A DNA stretch of 64,000 bases from Candidatus Omnitrophota bacterium (GTDB lineage: Bacteria; Omnitrophota; Gorgyraeia; Velamenicoccales; JABMQK01). The stretch is taken from the NCBI GenBank assembly GCA_028711115.1, contig JAQTSV010000001.1, positions 70,032-134,031 of the forward strand, written 5' to 3'. Shown piece after piece: positions 38,203 through 48,063 of the stretch. The notes beneath the pieces were generated by a model. The model was not told the origin of the DNA. It made no database searches and worked only from the letters and a program-made list of their open reading frames with translations. Position numbers and translations under genes: made by a program. Every line of letters begins with the position of its first letter. Position 1 is the first letter of the stretch.

Positions 38203-39744
38203 TTGATTCTTAGCGTCGGATGTGATATTGTTACTAATATGAAACAAAACTACGACAAAACAAAAGTACTTTTAATTTATCCGCAAATTCCCAACACATT
38301 TTGGAGCTTTTGCTATGCGCTTAAATTTGTGCGCAAGAAAGCGTCTTTCCCGCCCTTGGGATTATTGACGGTGGCAGCGCTTTTGCCTGAGGAATGGGAA
38401 AAGAAGTTGGTGGATATGAATGTGGTCAAGCTAGTTGACAGCGATCTGGCCTGGGCAGATTATGTTTTTATCAGCGGTATGATTGTGCAAAGAGACGCCA
38501 TAAAGAAAGTGCTGGAGCGTTGCCGTCATTTTAATTGTAAGATTGTGGCTGGTGGTCCTATCTTTACCAGCTGTCCCAATGATTTTATAAAAGATGTGGA
38601 CCATTTGGTGCTTAATGAAGGCGAAGTTACCATCCCGCTTTTTTTGGCAGACCTTAAAAAAGGCGGGGCGGAAAAAATTTATACCTCTGAGCAGAAACCC
38701 GAGATAACCCAGACGCCCATACCTCTCTGGCACCTGATTAATTTTAAGGATTATGCCACCATGTCTATCCAGTATTCCAGAGGTTGTCCTTTTGATTGCG
38801 AATTTTGCGATATCACTATTATGAACGGCAGAGTGCCCCGCACAAAAACCAAAGAGCAGCTGTTAAGAGAAGTGGATGCATTGTATAAATCCGGCTGGCG
38901 GGGAGGGGTATTTATTGTAGACGATAATTTTATCGGGAACAAAAAAGACGTAAAAGCAATTATGCCTTCTTTGATCGCCTGGATGCACAAAAGACGGTAT
39001 CCTTTTGCATTTTTAACCGAGGCCTCGGTCAATTTAGCCGACGACCCGGAACTTATGCAGATGATGGTGGACGCGGGTTTTAATAAAGTATTCGTGGGCC
39101 TGGAAACACCTATTGCCGAAAGCCTGGCCGAGTGCAACAAATTTTTAAACAGCAAAAAAGACCTGGCCGCGTCGGTAAAGGCCATACAGAATGCCGGCCT
39201 GGAGGTAATGGCGGGATTTATCGTAGGTTTTGACAGCGACCCGCTTTCTGTATTTGAGCGCCAGATTGAGTTTATCCAAAAGATAGGCGTGGTTACGGCC
39301 ATGGTCGGCCTGCTCGGTGCTTTACCCGGCACGAAATTGCATAAGCGCCTGAAGACACAGGGCCGCCTGTTAGAAAACTGGAGCGGCAACAATACCGACT
39401 GCTCGATGAACTTTGTCCCCAAGATGGACCTTGTCAAATTGAAAGAGGGCTATAAAAAAATCGTAACGACTATTTATTCCCCGGCAAAATATTACGAGCG
39501 CGTAATTACATTTATCAAAGAATTCAAGCCCAAGCGCTCGGTTTTTAAGTATCGCCTCAGCAAAGACCAGCTCCTGGCGTTTTTGCGCTCGCTGTGGTCT
39601 CTGGGCGTGGTCTGGAAATTCAGAAGATTCTACTGGAAGTTATTATTGGTAAGTCTATTCAGATATCCCCGGGCTTTTCCTCAGGCGGTAATCTTTGCAA
39701 TTTACGGATACCATTTTCAGAAACTCAGCGAGGAACTGACATAA
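38203..39744 (+). CDS. B12-binding-domain radical SAM protein
   Basis: N-terminal cobalamin-binding-like domain, a radical-SAM cluster motif CPFDCEFC, and a C-terminal DUF4070-like region. Start is uncertain; an alternative ATG lies at 38239. Confidence 0.8.
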   Translation: MILSVGCDIVTNMKQNYDKTKVLLIYPQIPNTFWSFCYALKFVRKKASFPPLGLLTVAALLPEEWEKKLVDMNVVKLVDSDLAWADYVFISGMIVQRDAIKKVLERCRHFNCKIVAGGPIFTSCPNDFIKDVDHLVLNEGEVTIPLFLADLKKGGAEKIYTSEQKPEITQTPIPLWHLINFKDYATMSIQYSRGCPFDCEFCDITIMNGRVPRTKTKEQLLREVDALYKSGWRGGVFIVDDNFIGNKKDVKAIMPSLIAWMHKRRYPFAFLTEASVNLADDPELMQMMVDAGFNKVFVGLETPIAESLAECNKFLNSKKDLAASVKAIQNAGLEVMAGFIVGFDSDPLSVFERQIEFIQKIGVVTAMVGLLGALPGTKLHKRLKTQGRLLENWSGNNTDCSMNFVPKMDLVKLKEGYKKIVTTIYSPAKYYERVITFIKEFKPKRSVFKYRLSKDQLLAFLRSLWSLGVVWKFRRFYWKLLLVSLFRYPRAFPQAVIFAIYGYHFQKLSEELT

Positions 39745-39745
39745 T

Positions 39746-40648
39746 ATGAAAGATAACCATTGCGCTAACATAAGAAAAATTCTTATTGTAATTTTGTTTT
39801 TGAACTGGCTGGTGGCCATACTAAAAATCGTCTTTGGTTATCTGGTCAAAAGCCAGAGTATGACTGCCGACGGATACCACTCTTTTTCTGATGGCGCATC
39901 CAATATTATCGGTCTGATTGGAATCTGGTATGCCTCTTTTCCGCGCGACCGCGACCATCCCTACGGCCATAAAAAATACGAGACGTTTGCTTCCGTGGGC
40001 ATAGCGCTGTTGTTATTTATAGTGTGCGTGAACATATTAAGAGAAGGTTTTGATAGATTCCTCAGCCCTGTTTTGCCGTCAATCAACCTGGTGAGCTTTG
40101 CGGTGATGGCGGTTACGATGATAATCAATTTTTTGGTGATGCGCTACGAACATAAGAGAGGTCTGGAATTAAACAGCGATATCTTGGTTTCCGATTCCCT
40201 GCATACACGCGCGGACATGTTGACTTCTCTTTCGGTTATCGCGGCGTTTATCTTTATAAAAATGGGTTATCCCATATTTGATACGATCTTTGCCGTAGTT
40301 ATTGTATTCTTCATCGGTCATGCGGGATTTGAAATCCTGCACAGCAGTTCCCAGGTGCTCTGCGATCAGGCGGTGCTGGAGCCGGAAACAGTTAAAAAAA
40401 TCACAATGTCCATAGAAGGGGTTGCCCAGTGCCACAAGATAAGGACGCGCGGCAGAAAAGACGATATGTATATCGATTTACACGTATTATTGGCCGACAA
40501 TACAACTTTAAAGAAAGCCCATCAGATAAGTTATGCCATCGAAAATAAAATCAAACACGAGATTCCCGGCGTATCCGATGTGGTTGTGCACATAGAGCCG
40601 TTAAGCAGCCAGAGTTCTCCAGAGAACCAGCCCGGTCAGCCCGCTTAA
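39746..40648 (+). CDS. cation diffusion facilitator family transporter
   Basis: Six TM segments with HSFSDG and an HxxxD-like motif, plus a C-terminal cytoplasmic domain. 300 aa. Confidence 0.85.
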   Translation: MKDNHCANIRKILIVILFLNWLVAILKIVFGYLVKSQSMTADGYHSFSDGASNIIGLIGIWYASFPRDRDHPYGHKKYETFASVGIALLLFIVCVNILREGFDRFLSPVLPSINLVSFAVMAVTMIINFLVMRYEHKRGLELNSDILVSDSLHTRADMLTSLSVIAAFIFIKMGYPIFDTIFAVVIVFFIGHAGFEILHSSSQVLCDQAVLEPETVKKITMSIEGVAQCHKIRTRGRKDDMYIDLHVLLADNTTLKKAHQISYAIENKIKHEIPGVSDVVVHIEPLSSQSSPENQPGQPA

Positions 40649-40745
40649 TTAAAAAATAATTTTTATTATTGCTAAGGTGTTTTTGCTTGCCATAGCCCGC
40701 TTTCTTTGTTATATTTAATTCAATTGTTAAACAGAAACCTGCGAT

Positions 40746-41258
40746 ATGAAAAAATATTTTACAAAATTATTATTGGTATTTTTTGTGATGATTACAATGT
40801 GCGGCTGTTCTATATTGAGTAATATCACAAGAAATATTATGGGTAATTCCATAAGCGTTCTTAAACGGGACAGGCCCAATGCCAAAAGCCGGGTTTTTGA
40901 CTGTGAAATCCGCACCTGTTTTAAAAAAATCGTGGCCATCCTGGATTTTGGGATAATAGACAATCAAATCCTTGCGCTGGACAAGCGGAATTTCACTATT
41001 TTGGTTCTGGTATCGCGTCCGACAGAGGAGAAGTCCGACGATATCCCGTTTAATATAAGTAATACCGACGTGGGCATATTTCTTACGCAGGAAAGCCCCG
41101 GCAGGACAAAAGTCGAGATTAGTTCTTTAAGTTCTTTGTTCGCAGAATATACATCCGATAAAATTTTCCAGGAACTACAGCCAACGCTACCGCAAACAGC
41201 ACAACTAGAACAGTCAATGCCAGAGCCTGCGGCAGAGCCAGAACAAGAGGCAGAATAA
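40746..41258 (+). CDS. hypothetical putative lipoprotein
   Basis: MKKYFTKLLLVFFVMITMCGCS signal/lipobox-like N-terminus and an acidic P/E/A-rich C-terminus. No recognisable family. Confidence 0.5.
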   Translation: MKKYFTKLLLVFFVMITMCGCSILSNITRNIMGNSISVLKRDRPNAKSRVFDCEIRTCFKKIVAILDFGIIDNQILALDKRNFTILVLVSRPTEEKSDDIPFNISNTDVGIFLTQESPGRTKVEISSLSSLFAEYTSDKIFQELQPTLPQTAQLEQSMPEPAAEPEQEAE

Positions 41259-41259
41259 T

Positions 41260-43068
41260 ATGTGCGGTATTGTAGGATATATAGGAAATAAAGACAGCCT
41301 ATCAGTTTTACTGGAAGGTCTGCGCCGGCTGGAATACCGCGGTTATGATTCCTCCGGAGTGGCTTTGTTGGAAAAGGGAAACATCCGCATTGTAAAAACT
41401 CCCGGAAAAATAAAAGACCTGGATTCGCTCCTGCGTAAAGAAAAAATCTCTCAAAGTGTAATAGGCATTGCCCATACGCGCTGGGCAACGCACGGCGCGC
41501 CCACAAAATTAAATGCGCATCCGCACACGGATTGCCGCAATAATTTTTCCATAGTGCACAACGGCATTATCGAAAATTTCGCCAGTCTAAAAAAAGAGCT
41601 TGTCAAACAAGGCCATAAATTTATCTCGGAGACTGACACAGAAGTCGTCGCCCACTTAATAGAAAAATACTACAAAGGCGATTTGAAGAAAGCGTTTTTA
41701 CAGGCGCTGGCCAGGTTAAAAGGCAGTTTTGCCATTGTTTTATTGTCCAAAAAACACCCGGATAGGTTATTGTTTGCGCGGCAGGGAAGCCCTTTAATCG
41801 TGGGCGTGGGAAAAAATGAAAATTTTCTCGCATCCGATGTGCCGGCGATTTTATCGCACACAAACCGCGTAATTTATGTAAAAGACGCACAAGCTGGCGA
41901 AATCAGAAAAAATAAAGTCAGTTTATTCGATATAAAAGGAAGGCCGCAGCCGGTAAAAATAGAAAAAGTTTTATGGGATCTGGAAAGCGCGCAAAAATCC
42001 GGTTACGCGCATTTTATGTTAAAGGAAATCCACGAGCAGCCTCAAGTTTTAAAACACCTGTCCTGCGCGGGAATAAAATTTGACAAGAAATTAATCTCCA
42101 TATTAAAAAATACCAAGCAGATTTTTATTGTTGCCTGCGGAACGGCATACCACTCCGGAATGGTGGGAAAATACGCGATTGAAGAGATGACGAAAATTCC
42201 CGTGGCAGTGGATTTATCCAGCGAATTCCGTTACCGCTCGCCGATTATCGATAATCAGTCGGTTCTAATCGCCATAAGCCAGTCAGGTGAGACCGCGGAT
42301 ACTCTGGCCGCGGTGCGCGAGGCAAAAAATAAAGACGCAAAAATTATTTCCATATGCAATGCCGTGGGTTCGTCGCTAGTTCGCGAATCGGATTTTGTGT
42401 TATACACTCACGCCGGCCCGGAAATAGGCGTTGCCTCAACCAAGGCATACACCGCGCAATTAATGGTTTTATATTTGTTGGCTCTAAATATCGCCAAGGT
42501 AAAAAAGACTTTACCGAAATCTGTAATTTCCCGCTATGCGAATATACTTTGCGATACGCATAATCAGGCGCGCACAATTTTAAAAAATTCCACTCGCCAC
42601 ATTTCTGAAATTGCCGGCCGCCACCATAATTTCGGAAGTTTCTTATTTCTGGGAAGAAACGTAAATTATCCCTCGGCTCTGGAAGGCGCTTTGAAATTAA
42701 AGGAAATTTCCTATATCCCCGCGGAAGGTTATGCCGCAGGAGAAATGAAACACGGCCCGATTGCCTTAATCGATGAATACCGCGCGGTTGTCTGCATTGC
42801 CACAGAATCAAAAATTTACGAGAAGATGATTTCTAATATCCAGGAGATAGAGGCGCGCAAAGGGAAAATCGTAATTATCGCAACATATGGTAATGCCGAC
42901 ATAAAAAGACACTCCAAAGAAGTGATTTTTATTCCCAAAGTAGAGGAATTATTTTCTCCCATTTTAGTTGCGCTGCCTCTGCAGTTATTTGCCTACTACG
43001 TAGCAGCCAAACGCGGCTGCGACATTGACCAACCCAGAAATTTAGCCAAATCCGTAACCGTAGAGTAG
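41260..43068 (+). CDS. glmS: glutamine--fructose-6-phosphate aminotransferase
   Basis: MCGIVGY N-terminal nucleophile, two SIS domains, and a C-terminal KSVTVE. Confidence 0.97.
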   Translation: MCGIVGYIGNKDSLSVLLEGLRRLEYRGYDSSGVALLEKGNIRIVKTPGKIKDLDSLLRKEKISQSVIGIAHTRWATHGAPTKLNAHPHTDCRNNFSIVHNGIIENFASLKKELVKQGHKFISETDTEVVAHLIEKYYKGDLKKAFLQALARLKGSFAIVLLSKKHPDRLLFARQGSPLIVGVGKNENFLASDVPAILSHTNRVIYVKDAQAGEIRKNKVSLFDIKGRPQPVKIEKVLWDLESAQKSGYAHFMLKEIHEQPQVLKHLSCAGIKFDKKLISILKNTKQIFIVACGTAYHSGMVGKYAIEEMTKIPVAVDLSSEFRYRSPIIDNQSVLIAISQSGETADTLAAVREAKNKDAKIISICNAVGSSLVRESDFVLYTHAGPEIGVASTKAYTAQLMVLYLLALNIAKVKKTLPKSVISRYANILCDTHNQARTILKNSTRHISEIAGRHHNFGSFLFLGRNVNYPSALEGALKLKEISYIPAEGYAAGEMKHGPIALIDEYRAVVCIATESKIYEKMISNIQEIEARKGKIVIIATYGNADIKRHSKEVIFIPKVEELFSPILVALPLQLFAYYVAAKRGCDIDQPRNLAKSVTVE

Positions 43069-43091
43069 CCAAATTTTCGCAAAAATTAAAC

Positions 43092-43166
43092 TTGACTTTC
43101 ATCTTAACAAATGTTAATCTTTATTTAGTAAGTTAACATATGTTAACTTACGCATATTAAGTTAAC
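43092..43166 (+). promoter_or_regulatory. sigma70-like promoter plus GTTAAC-palindrome operator array of the HTH/Doc operon
   Basis: TTGACT (43092-43097), a 17-nt spacer, then TAATCT (43115-43120) preceded by TG. A perfect 24-bp palindrome GTAAGTTAACATATGTTAACTTAC spans 43128-43151, with a further TTAAGTTAAC half-site at 43157-43166. Confidence 0.65.
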
Positions 43167-43177
43167 GAGGATAATAT

Positions 43178-43435
43178 ATGGGAAACAAAGGCTTTATGAC
43201 AACTAAAGAACTTGCCAATGTGCTGGGGATTAGCCGCATTGCTGTGTTTAACAGGATTAAAAAAGGCCAGATAAAGGCCACAAAAATCGGCGGGACATAT
43301 CTTATTCCCCTAGAGGCAGTGCCTTATATTTTAGGCAGAGCCCTAAACGAAACCCAGAGGCGTAAGATCGATGAGGCAGTGGCTAAGACCGTCAAAGAAT
43401 ACGGCGAGACGCTTCGCCTATTAGGCAACGAATAA
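43178..43435 (+). CDS. excisionase-family HTH DNA-binding protein, probable antitoxin
   Basis: TTKELANVLGISRIAVFNRIKKGQIKATKIGGTYLIP. 85 aa. Ends 5 nt upstream of the Doc-type gene. Confidence 0.75.
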   Translation: MGNKGFMTTKELANVLGISRIAVFNRIKKGQIKATKIGGTYLIPLEAVPYILGRALNETQRRKIDEAVAKTVKEYGETLRLLGNE

Positions 43436-43440
43436 AACAA

Positions 43441-43857
43441 ATGAAATGCGTAACACTTAGAGATGTAGAGTACCTCTCTTTTTCCTTGGCAAAGAAATTA
43501 ATGAGTTTTAACGAGCCCATACCGGATTTTTCTACGCGTTTTCCCAATGCCTTGGAAAGCTGCCTCGCTGTTCCTTTTCAGGTGCTCTCGCAAGGGCCGC
43601 TATACAAAGGATTGATTTCCAAGGCAGCGGTTCTTTTTTACCTGATGATTAAGAATCATCCTTTTCAGAACGGCAACAAAAGAATAGCCATGACCACTCT
43701 GTTTGTATTTTTGTACTTCAACAAAAAATGGCTTAAAGTGGATACCAAAGAGTTGTATAATTTTGCTATGTGGGTGGCGCAGAGCAATTCAAAATTTAAA
43801 GATGAAACCGTAAAAGCCACCGAGAAATTCCTCAAGGCTTATTTAGTGAGTGCGTAG
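43441..43857 (+). CDS. Fic/Doc (death-on-curing) family toxin
   Basis: Core motif HPFQNGNKRIAMT (HxFx[DN][GA]NKR). 138 aa. Confidence 0.85.
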   Translation: MKCVTLRDVEYLSFSLAKKLMSFNEPIPDFSTRFPNALESCLAVPFQVLSQGPLYKGLISKAAVLFYLMIKNHPFQNGNKRIAMTTLFVFLYFNKKWLKVDTKELYNFAMWVAQSNSKFKDETVKATEKFLKAYLVSA

Positions 43858-44529
43858 ATGTTATACATTGTCGCAACCCCAATAGGAAATTTAGCCGACA
43901 TTACTTTGCGCGCGCTGGAAGTTTTAAAAAGCTGTGATCTAATCGCCTGCGAAGACACGCGCCAGACTCAAAAATTGTTAAATCACTACGAAATCGCTAA
44001 ACCTTTAACCAGTTATTATGAACACAATAAATTATCCAAAGGTGAATATTTAATTAAATTGTTAAAGGAAGGAAAAAATATAGCGCTGGTTTCGGATAGC
44101 GGAACTCCGGCAATAAGCGATCCGGGTTTTCACATCGTAAAACTCGCTTTGGAAAACGACATCGCAGTTTCGCCGATTCCCGGACCGTCGGCAATGGCAG
44201 CGGCATTGAGCGTTTGCGGAATTCCTGCCAACCGGTTTATTTTCGAGGGATTTTTACCCATAAAACCCGGGCCGCGCAAGAAAATATTAAGCCAATTATT
44301 GAGCCAGGAAAAAACTATTATTTTATACGAGTCGCCATACAGATTCTTGAGGCTCTTGGATGAAATTAGGGAAGTTTCGCCTGACGCAGAAATTACAGTC
44401 TGCCGCGAAATCACCAAAAAGTTCGAAGAAATAAAAAAAGGTGCTGTAGATTCCATAATCACTTATTATAAAGCCAACAAAATCCAGGCCACAAAAGGCG
44501 AATTCGTCGTCGTACTTAACCACAAATAG
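43858..44529 (+). CDS. rsmI: 16S rRNA (cytidine1402-2'-O)-methyltransferase
   Basis: MLYIVATPIGNLADITLRALEVLKSCDLIACEDTR; tetrapyrrole-methylase fold. Confidence 0.92.
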   Translation: MLYIVATPIGNLADITLRALEVLKSCDLIACEDTRQTQKLLNHYEIAKPLTSYYEHNKLSKGEYLIKLLKEGKNIALVSDSGTPAISDPGFHIVKLALENDIAVSPIPGPSAMAAALSVCGIPANRFIFEGFLPIKPGPRKKILSQLLSQEKTIILYESPYRFLRLLDEIREVSPDAEITVCREITKKFEEIKKGAVDSIITYYKANKIQATKGEFVVVLNHK

Positions 44530-44539
44530 CAAAACAACT

Positions 44540-46450
44540 GTGATTACCCTAAATAATCTTTCCAAAAAATATGGCGCAAGAATCCTTTTCAATAATTTCT
44601 CCTTGACTATTAATTCCAAAGAAAAAATCGGGCTGGTCGGGCCAAATGGCGCGGGAAAATCCACACTTTTTCAGATAATTCTGGGAAAAACTGAGCCATC
44701 CACTGGCGCCGTCCAGATAAATAGAGGAATATTTATAGGTTACCTGCCGCAGGAATCAAGCTTTCATTCCGAACGTACGGTTTTATCTGAATTAACCGAA
44801 GGCTACGACGTAATCTCAAACCTCAAAAAAGAAAAAGAAGAGCTGGAGTCAAAAAACGAAGCCGGCTCAAAACGTTACGGCGATGTTTTGCACGAATTGG
44901 AAAGTTTGGATTATTTCAATTTAGAGCACAAGGCGAAAAAGATTTTATCAGGCCTGGGATTTAAAGAGCGCGATTTCAATCGTCCTATAAAAGAGTTAAG
45001 CGGCGGCTGGCAGATGCGCACGTTATTGGCAAAACTTCTGGTTTTTAATTATGATTTGCTGCTTTTGGATGAACCTACAAATTATCTGGATTTGAATGCC
45101 GCTTTATGGCTTAAAGATTATCTGGCAGGATTTAAAGGCGCATTTGTTATGATCTCCCATGACAAGGCGTTTCTCGACGAGGTGGTCAATTATACGTTAA
45201 TTCTGGAAAACAGTTCTGTGTTCAAAGTCGAAGGAAATTATGAACACTACGAAAGGATAAAAGAAGAAAAGCGTACATATCTCATTAAACAATTTAAGGA
45301 GCAGGAGAAAAAGCGCAAGCAACTCCAGGATTTTATTTATAGATTTCATGCCCAGCCGAACAAAGCCGCGTCAGTGCGAGCCAAGCGCACGGCGATTGAG
45401 AAGATGGGAAATATTATTGTCCCGCCTGATGTGCGCGAAAGCATCCGCGATTTTCATTTTCCCACAGCGCGCCGGAGCGGTTATCGGGTTATAAATTTAG
45501 AAAATATTTCAAAGTCTTACGGCGAAACCCAGGTTTACAAAGATTTTGATTTTGAGATAATCCAGGGCGAAAAAGCAGTGTTGGCCGGAGAAAACGGCGC
45601 GGGAAAATCCACACTTTTAAAGATACTCGCCGGGGTTATCCCGATTGATTCGGGAAATCGCGTTGCCGGCCACAATGTGGACATCGGATATTTTTCTCAG
45701 ACGCGTATGGATGTGTTAAATCCCGACAACACTGTCTTAAATGAGGCATACGCTGCCTCATCCGGCACAATGTCGCAGGAGGCAATGCGCACAATTTTAG
45801 GCGCGTTTTTATTCAGCGGTGACGATGTGGACAAAAAAGTAAGTATTCTTTCCGGAGGCGAAAAAAGCCGTTTGATTTTGGCAAAACTTTTGATTAATCC
45901 GCCTAATTTTTTACTTTTAGATGAGCCTACGACACACTTAGATGTCGACGCTGTGGAGGCATTGGTCAGAGCGCTCAAGGATTATAACGGCACACTTGTA
46001 TGCATAAGCCACGATATATATTTTGTGAGGTCGGTGGCAAATGTGGTGTTTGAGGTAAAAGATGGAAATGTCCGGAAATTTCCCGGAAACTTCGATTATT
46101 ATCTTGAAAAAAGAAAAGAAAAAAGTTATATTCCGCATAAAGCGATTAAAGTAAAACCGGAAGCCGCCTCACAATCCGATGCAAAGGAAAATTTGAAAGA
46201 AGAAGAAAAAAGGCGAAAGGCGCACAACGCCGGAATCGAAGAAGAGATTAAGAAACTCCAAAAAGAAAGAGATAAGCTTAATTTAGAGCACTATTCCAAG
46301 TCCCGCGCCGTGGCAACTCCGCGCAGTTACCGCGATAACCAGATGCTGGAAGAATACATCCTGCGCATCCAGGACATCGAAAAACGAATTCCCGAGATTA
46401 ACGAGGAAATCAAACAGCTGCGCAAGCAGAAGCATAAAATAGTTGCTTAA
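44540..46450 (+). CDS. ABC-F family ATPase (Uup/EttA-like) with C-terminal coiled coil
   Basis: Two ABC cassettes (GPNGAGKST/LSGGWQ and GENGAGKST/LSGGEK). No TM domain. GTG start. Confidence 0.92.
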   Translation: MITLNNLSKKYGARILFNNFSLTINSKEKIGLVGPNGAGKSTLFQIILGKTEPSTGAVQINRGIFIGYLPQESSFHSERTVLSELTEGYDVISNLKKEKEELESKNEAGSKRYGDVLHELESLDYFNLEHKAKKILSGLGFKERDFNRPIKELSGGWQMRTLLAKLLVFNYDLLLLDEPTNYLDLNAALWLKDYLAGFKGAFVMISHDKAFLDEVVNYTLILENSSVFKVEGNYEHYERIKEEKRTYLIKQFKEQEKKRKQLQDFIYRFHAQPNKAASVRAKRTAIEKMGNIIVPPDVRESIRDFHFPTARRSGYRVINLENISKSYGETQVYKDFDFEIIQGEKAVLAGENGAGKSTLLKILAGVIPIDSGNRVAGHNVDIGYFSQTRMDVLNPDNTVLNEAYAASSGTMSQEAMRTILGAFLFSGDDVDKKVSILSGGEKSRLILAKLLINPPNFLLLDEPTTHLDVDAVEALVRALKDYNGTLVCISHDIYFVRSVANVVFEVKDGNVRKFPGNFDYYLEKRKEKSYIPHKAIKVKPEAASQSDAKENLKEEEKRRKAHNAGIEEEIKKLQKERDKLNLEHYSKSRAVATPRSYRDNQMLEEYILRIQDIEKRIPEINEEIKQLRKQKHKIVA

Positions 46451-46622
46451 TTTGTTTCGGATTTTTAATTGACCGCGTTTGGCTTAAGGAGTATTATTGA
46501 GGAAACAAAACCGATTGACACGCTCGTAATTCTATGATAATTTATAGACGTAATAAATATACAATTGGGATGTTGGTGGTGAGTTCTGAAGGGCTAAATC
46601 CTCCACGTTTAAAAAAGTAAAA

Positions 46623-46649
46623 CCTTCGCAAAAGAAAGCGAGGGTTTTT
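46623..46649 (+). terminator. intrinsic-terminator-like hairpin abutting the methyltransferase start
   Basis: CCTTCGC-AAAAGAAA-GCGAGGG followed by TTTTT. Confidence 0.5.
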
Positions 46650-47537
46650 ATGTTTATGGAAAGGTTAGAAATGCCACATACCGCAACAACAATCACACCA
46701 GTTAAGCATAAAACAGCTGATAGGTTCACAAAAATAATATCTAGTATTAAGGAAAGCCCATTTTTTGAAGAGTCAGAAAAGAATATCTATTTATACAAGC
46801 AAGACTGCTTAAATATCCTTTCGCAAATCCCAGAAAATTCCATTGATATGATTTTCGCAGATCCGCCTTATTTTCTCTCCAATGGCGGAATAACCTGTCA
46901 TGCAGGAAGAATGGTTTCTGTAAATAAAGGTAATTGGGATAAATCTCAAGGCGTTGAAGAAAATCATGAATTTAATAAAAAATGGCTTGCGGCTTGTCAA
47001 AGAGTCTTAACTGAACATGGCACAATTTGGGTATCAGGCACCTCGCATATTATTTTTTCTGTGGGTTTTGCTATGCAACAACTGGGATTTAAGATTTTAA
47101 ATGACATTTCCTGGTTTAAAATAAACCCGCCACCAAATTTAAGCTGTCGGTATTTTACTCATTCAACAGAGACTATTATTTGGGCAGCAAAGAGTAAAAA
47201 TAGTCATCACCACTTTAATTATTCTTTAATGAAAGAGATGGGTGGTGGTAAGCAAATGAAAAGCCTTTGGGAAATATATCCTCCTAAAAATGGGGAGAAA
47301 ACCTACGGAAAACACCCTACCCAAAAACCACTCGCATTGCTTAATCGAATTATCCTTGCCTCGACAGGACGCTCGGATATTGTCCTTGATCCTTTCAGTG
47401 GAAGCGGCACAACCGGAGTTTCCGCCTTTTCCCAAGGCAGGAAATATATAGGTATTGAGCTTGAGAAACAATACCTGGATGTTTCTATTAAAAGGTTAAA
47501 GGATACTTTTAGGGAACATGAAAAAAAGAATTGCTAA
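46650..47537 (+). CDS. beta-class DNA methyltransferase (N6-adenine or N4-cytosine)
   Basis: Motif IV IFADPPY precedes motif I DPFSGSGTT (beta permutation), and HPTQKP is present. The true start may be the ATG at 46671, which has a better RBS. Confidence 0.9.
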   Translation: MFMERLEMPHTATTITPVKHKTADRFTKIISSIKESPFFEESEKNIYLYKQDCLNILSQIPENSIDMIFADPPYFLSNGGITCHAGRMVSVNKGNWDKSQGVEENHEFNKKWLAACQRVLTEHGTIWVSGTSHIIFSVGFAMQQLGFKILNDISWFKINPPPNLSCRYFTHSTETIIWAAKSKNSHHHFNYSLMKEMGGGKQMKSLWEIYPPKNGEKTYGKHPTQKPLALLNRIILASTGRSDIVLDPFSGSGTTGVSAFSQGRKYIGIELEKQYLDVSIKRLKDTFREHEKKNC

Positions 47538-48063
47538 GAAAAATATCTATAACCATTCGATAGATCTCACCAGCCTAACCATAAAAAACCAGCCTAGGGA
47601 AGAATTTAGAGAATCTCTTGAGCAAATAAAATATCGCGGATATGAGGTTGAACAAATAAGCGATGGCAGGAAAATTGTTATCACTAAGCCTGGAGGGAAA
47701 TTCATATTTGGAGTTGTCAAAAGAGAAGATTTTATGGTTTGGGTTTACGATCCAAAAGATGGTACGCTATGGTTAATCTCCCATAAAAACATTTTTCAAG
47801 ATTTAGAAGAGAAAGCAAAAGTTAATAAAGAAGACACTATAAAAATCATTGATGCTTTAGGAAAAGTTTTCAATGGGGAAGATCCAGATGATATCTTAAA
47901 GCAAGATGCTATCAATAACCCCTGTGGCGAAATGCCGGAAGTATTATTAAAAGCTTATAAATGGATTTGGGGCCAAGAAGATTGTAACTATCCCAATGGT
48001 GAAGGAAGAAGTATGTCATGGCAAGCGATAAGCGATCTTAAGAAAAGAATAGAGTCAGAATAA
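47518..48063 (+). CDS. hypothetical protein in the R-M operon (possible nuclease subunit or specificity partner)
   Basis: 181 aa. Overlaps the MTase end by 20 nt and is coupled to the next ORF by TAATG. No family recognised by eye. Confidence 0.5.
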   Translation: MKKRIAKKNIYNHSIDLTSLTIKNQPREEFRESLEQIKYRGYEVEQISDGRKIVITKPGGKFIFGVVKREDFMVWVYDPKDGTLWLISHKNIFQDLEEKAKVNKEDTIKIIDALGKVFNGEDPDDILKQDAINNPCGEMPEVLLKAYKWIWGQEDCNYPNGEGRSMSWQAISDLKKRIESE

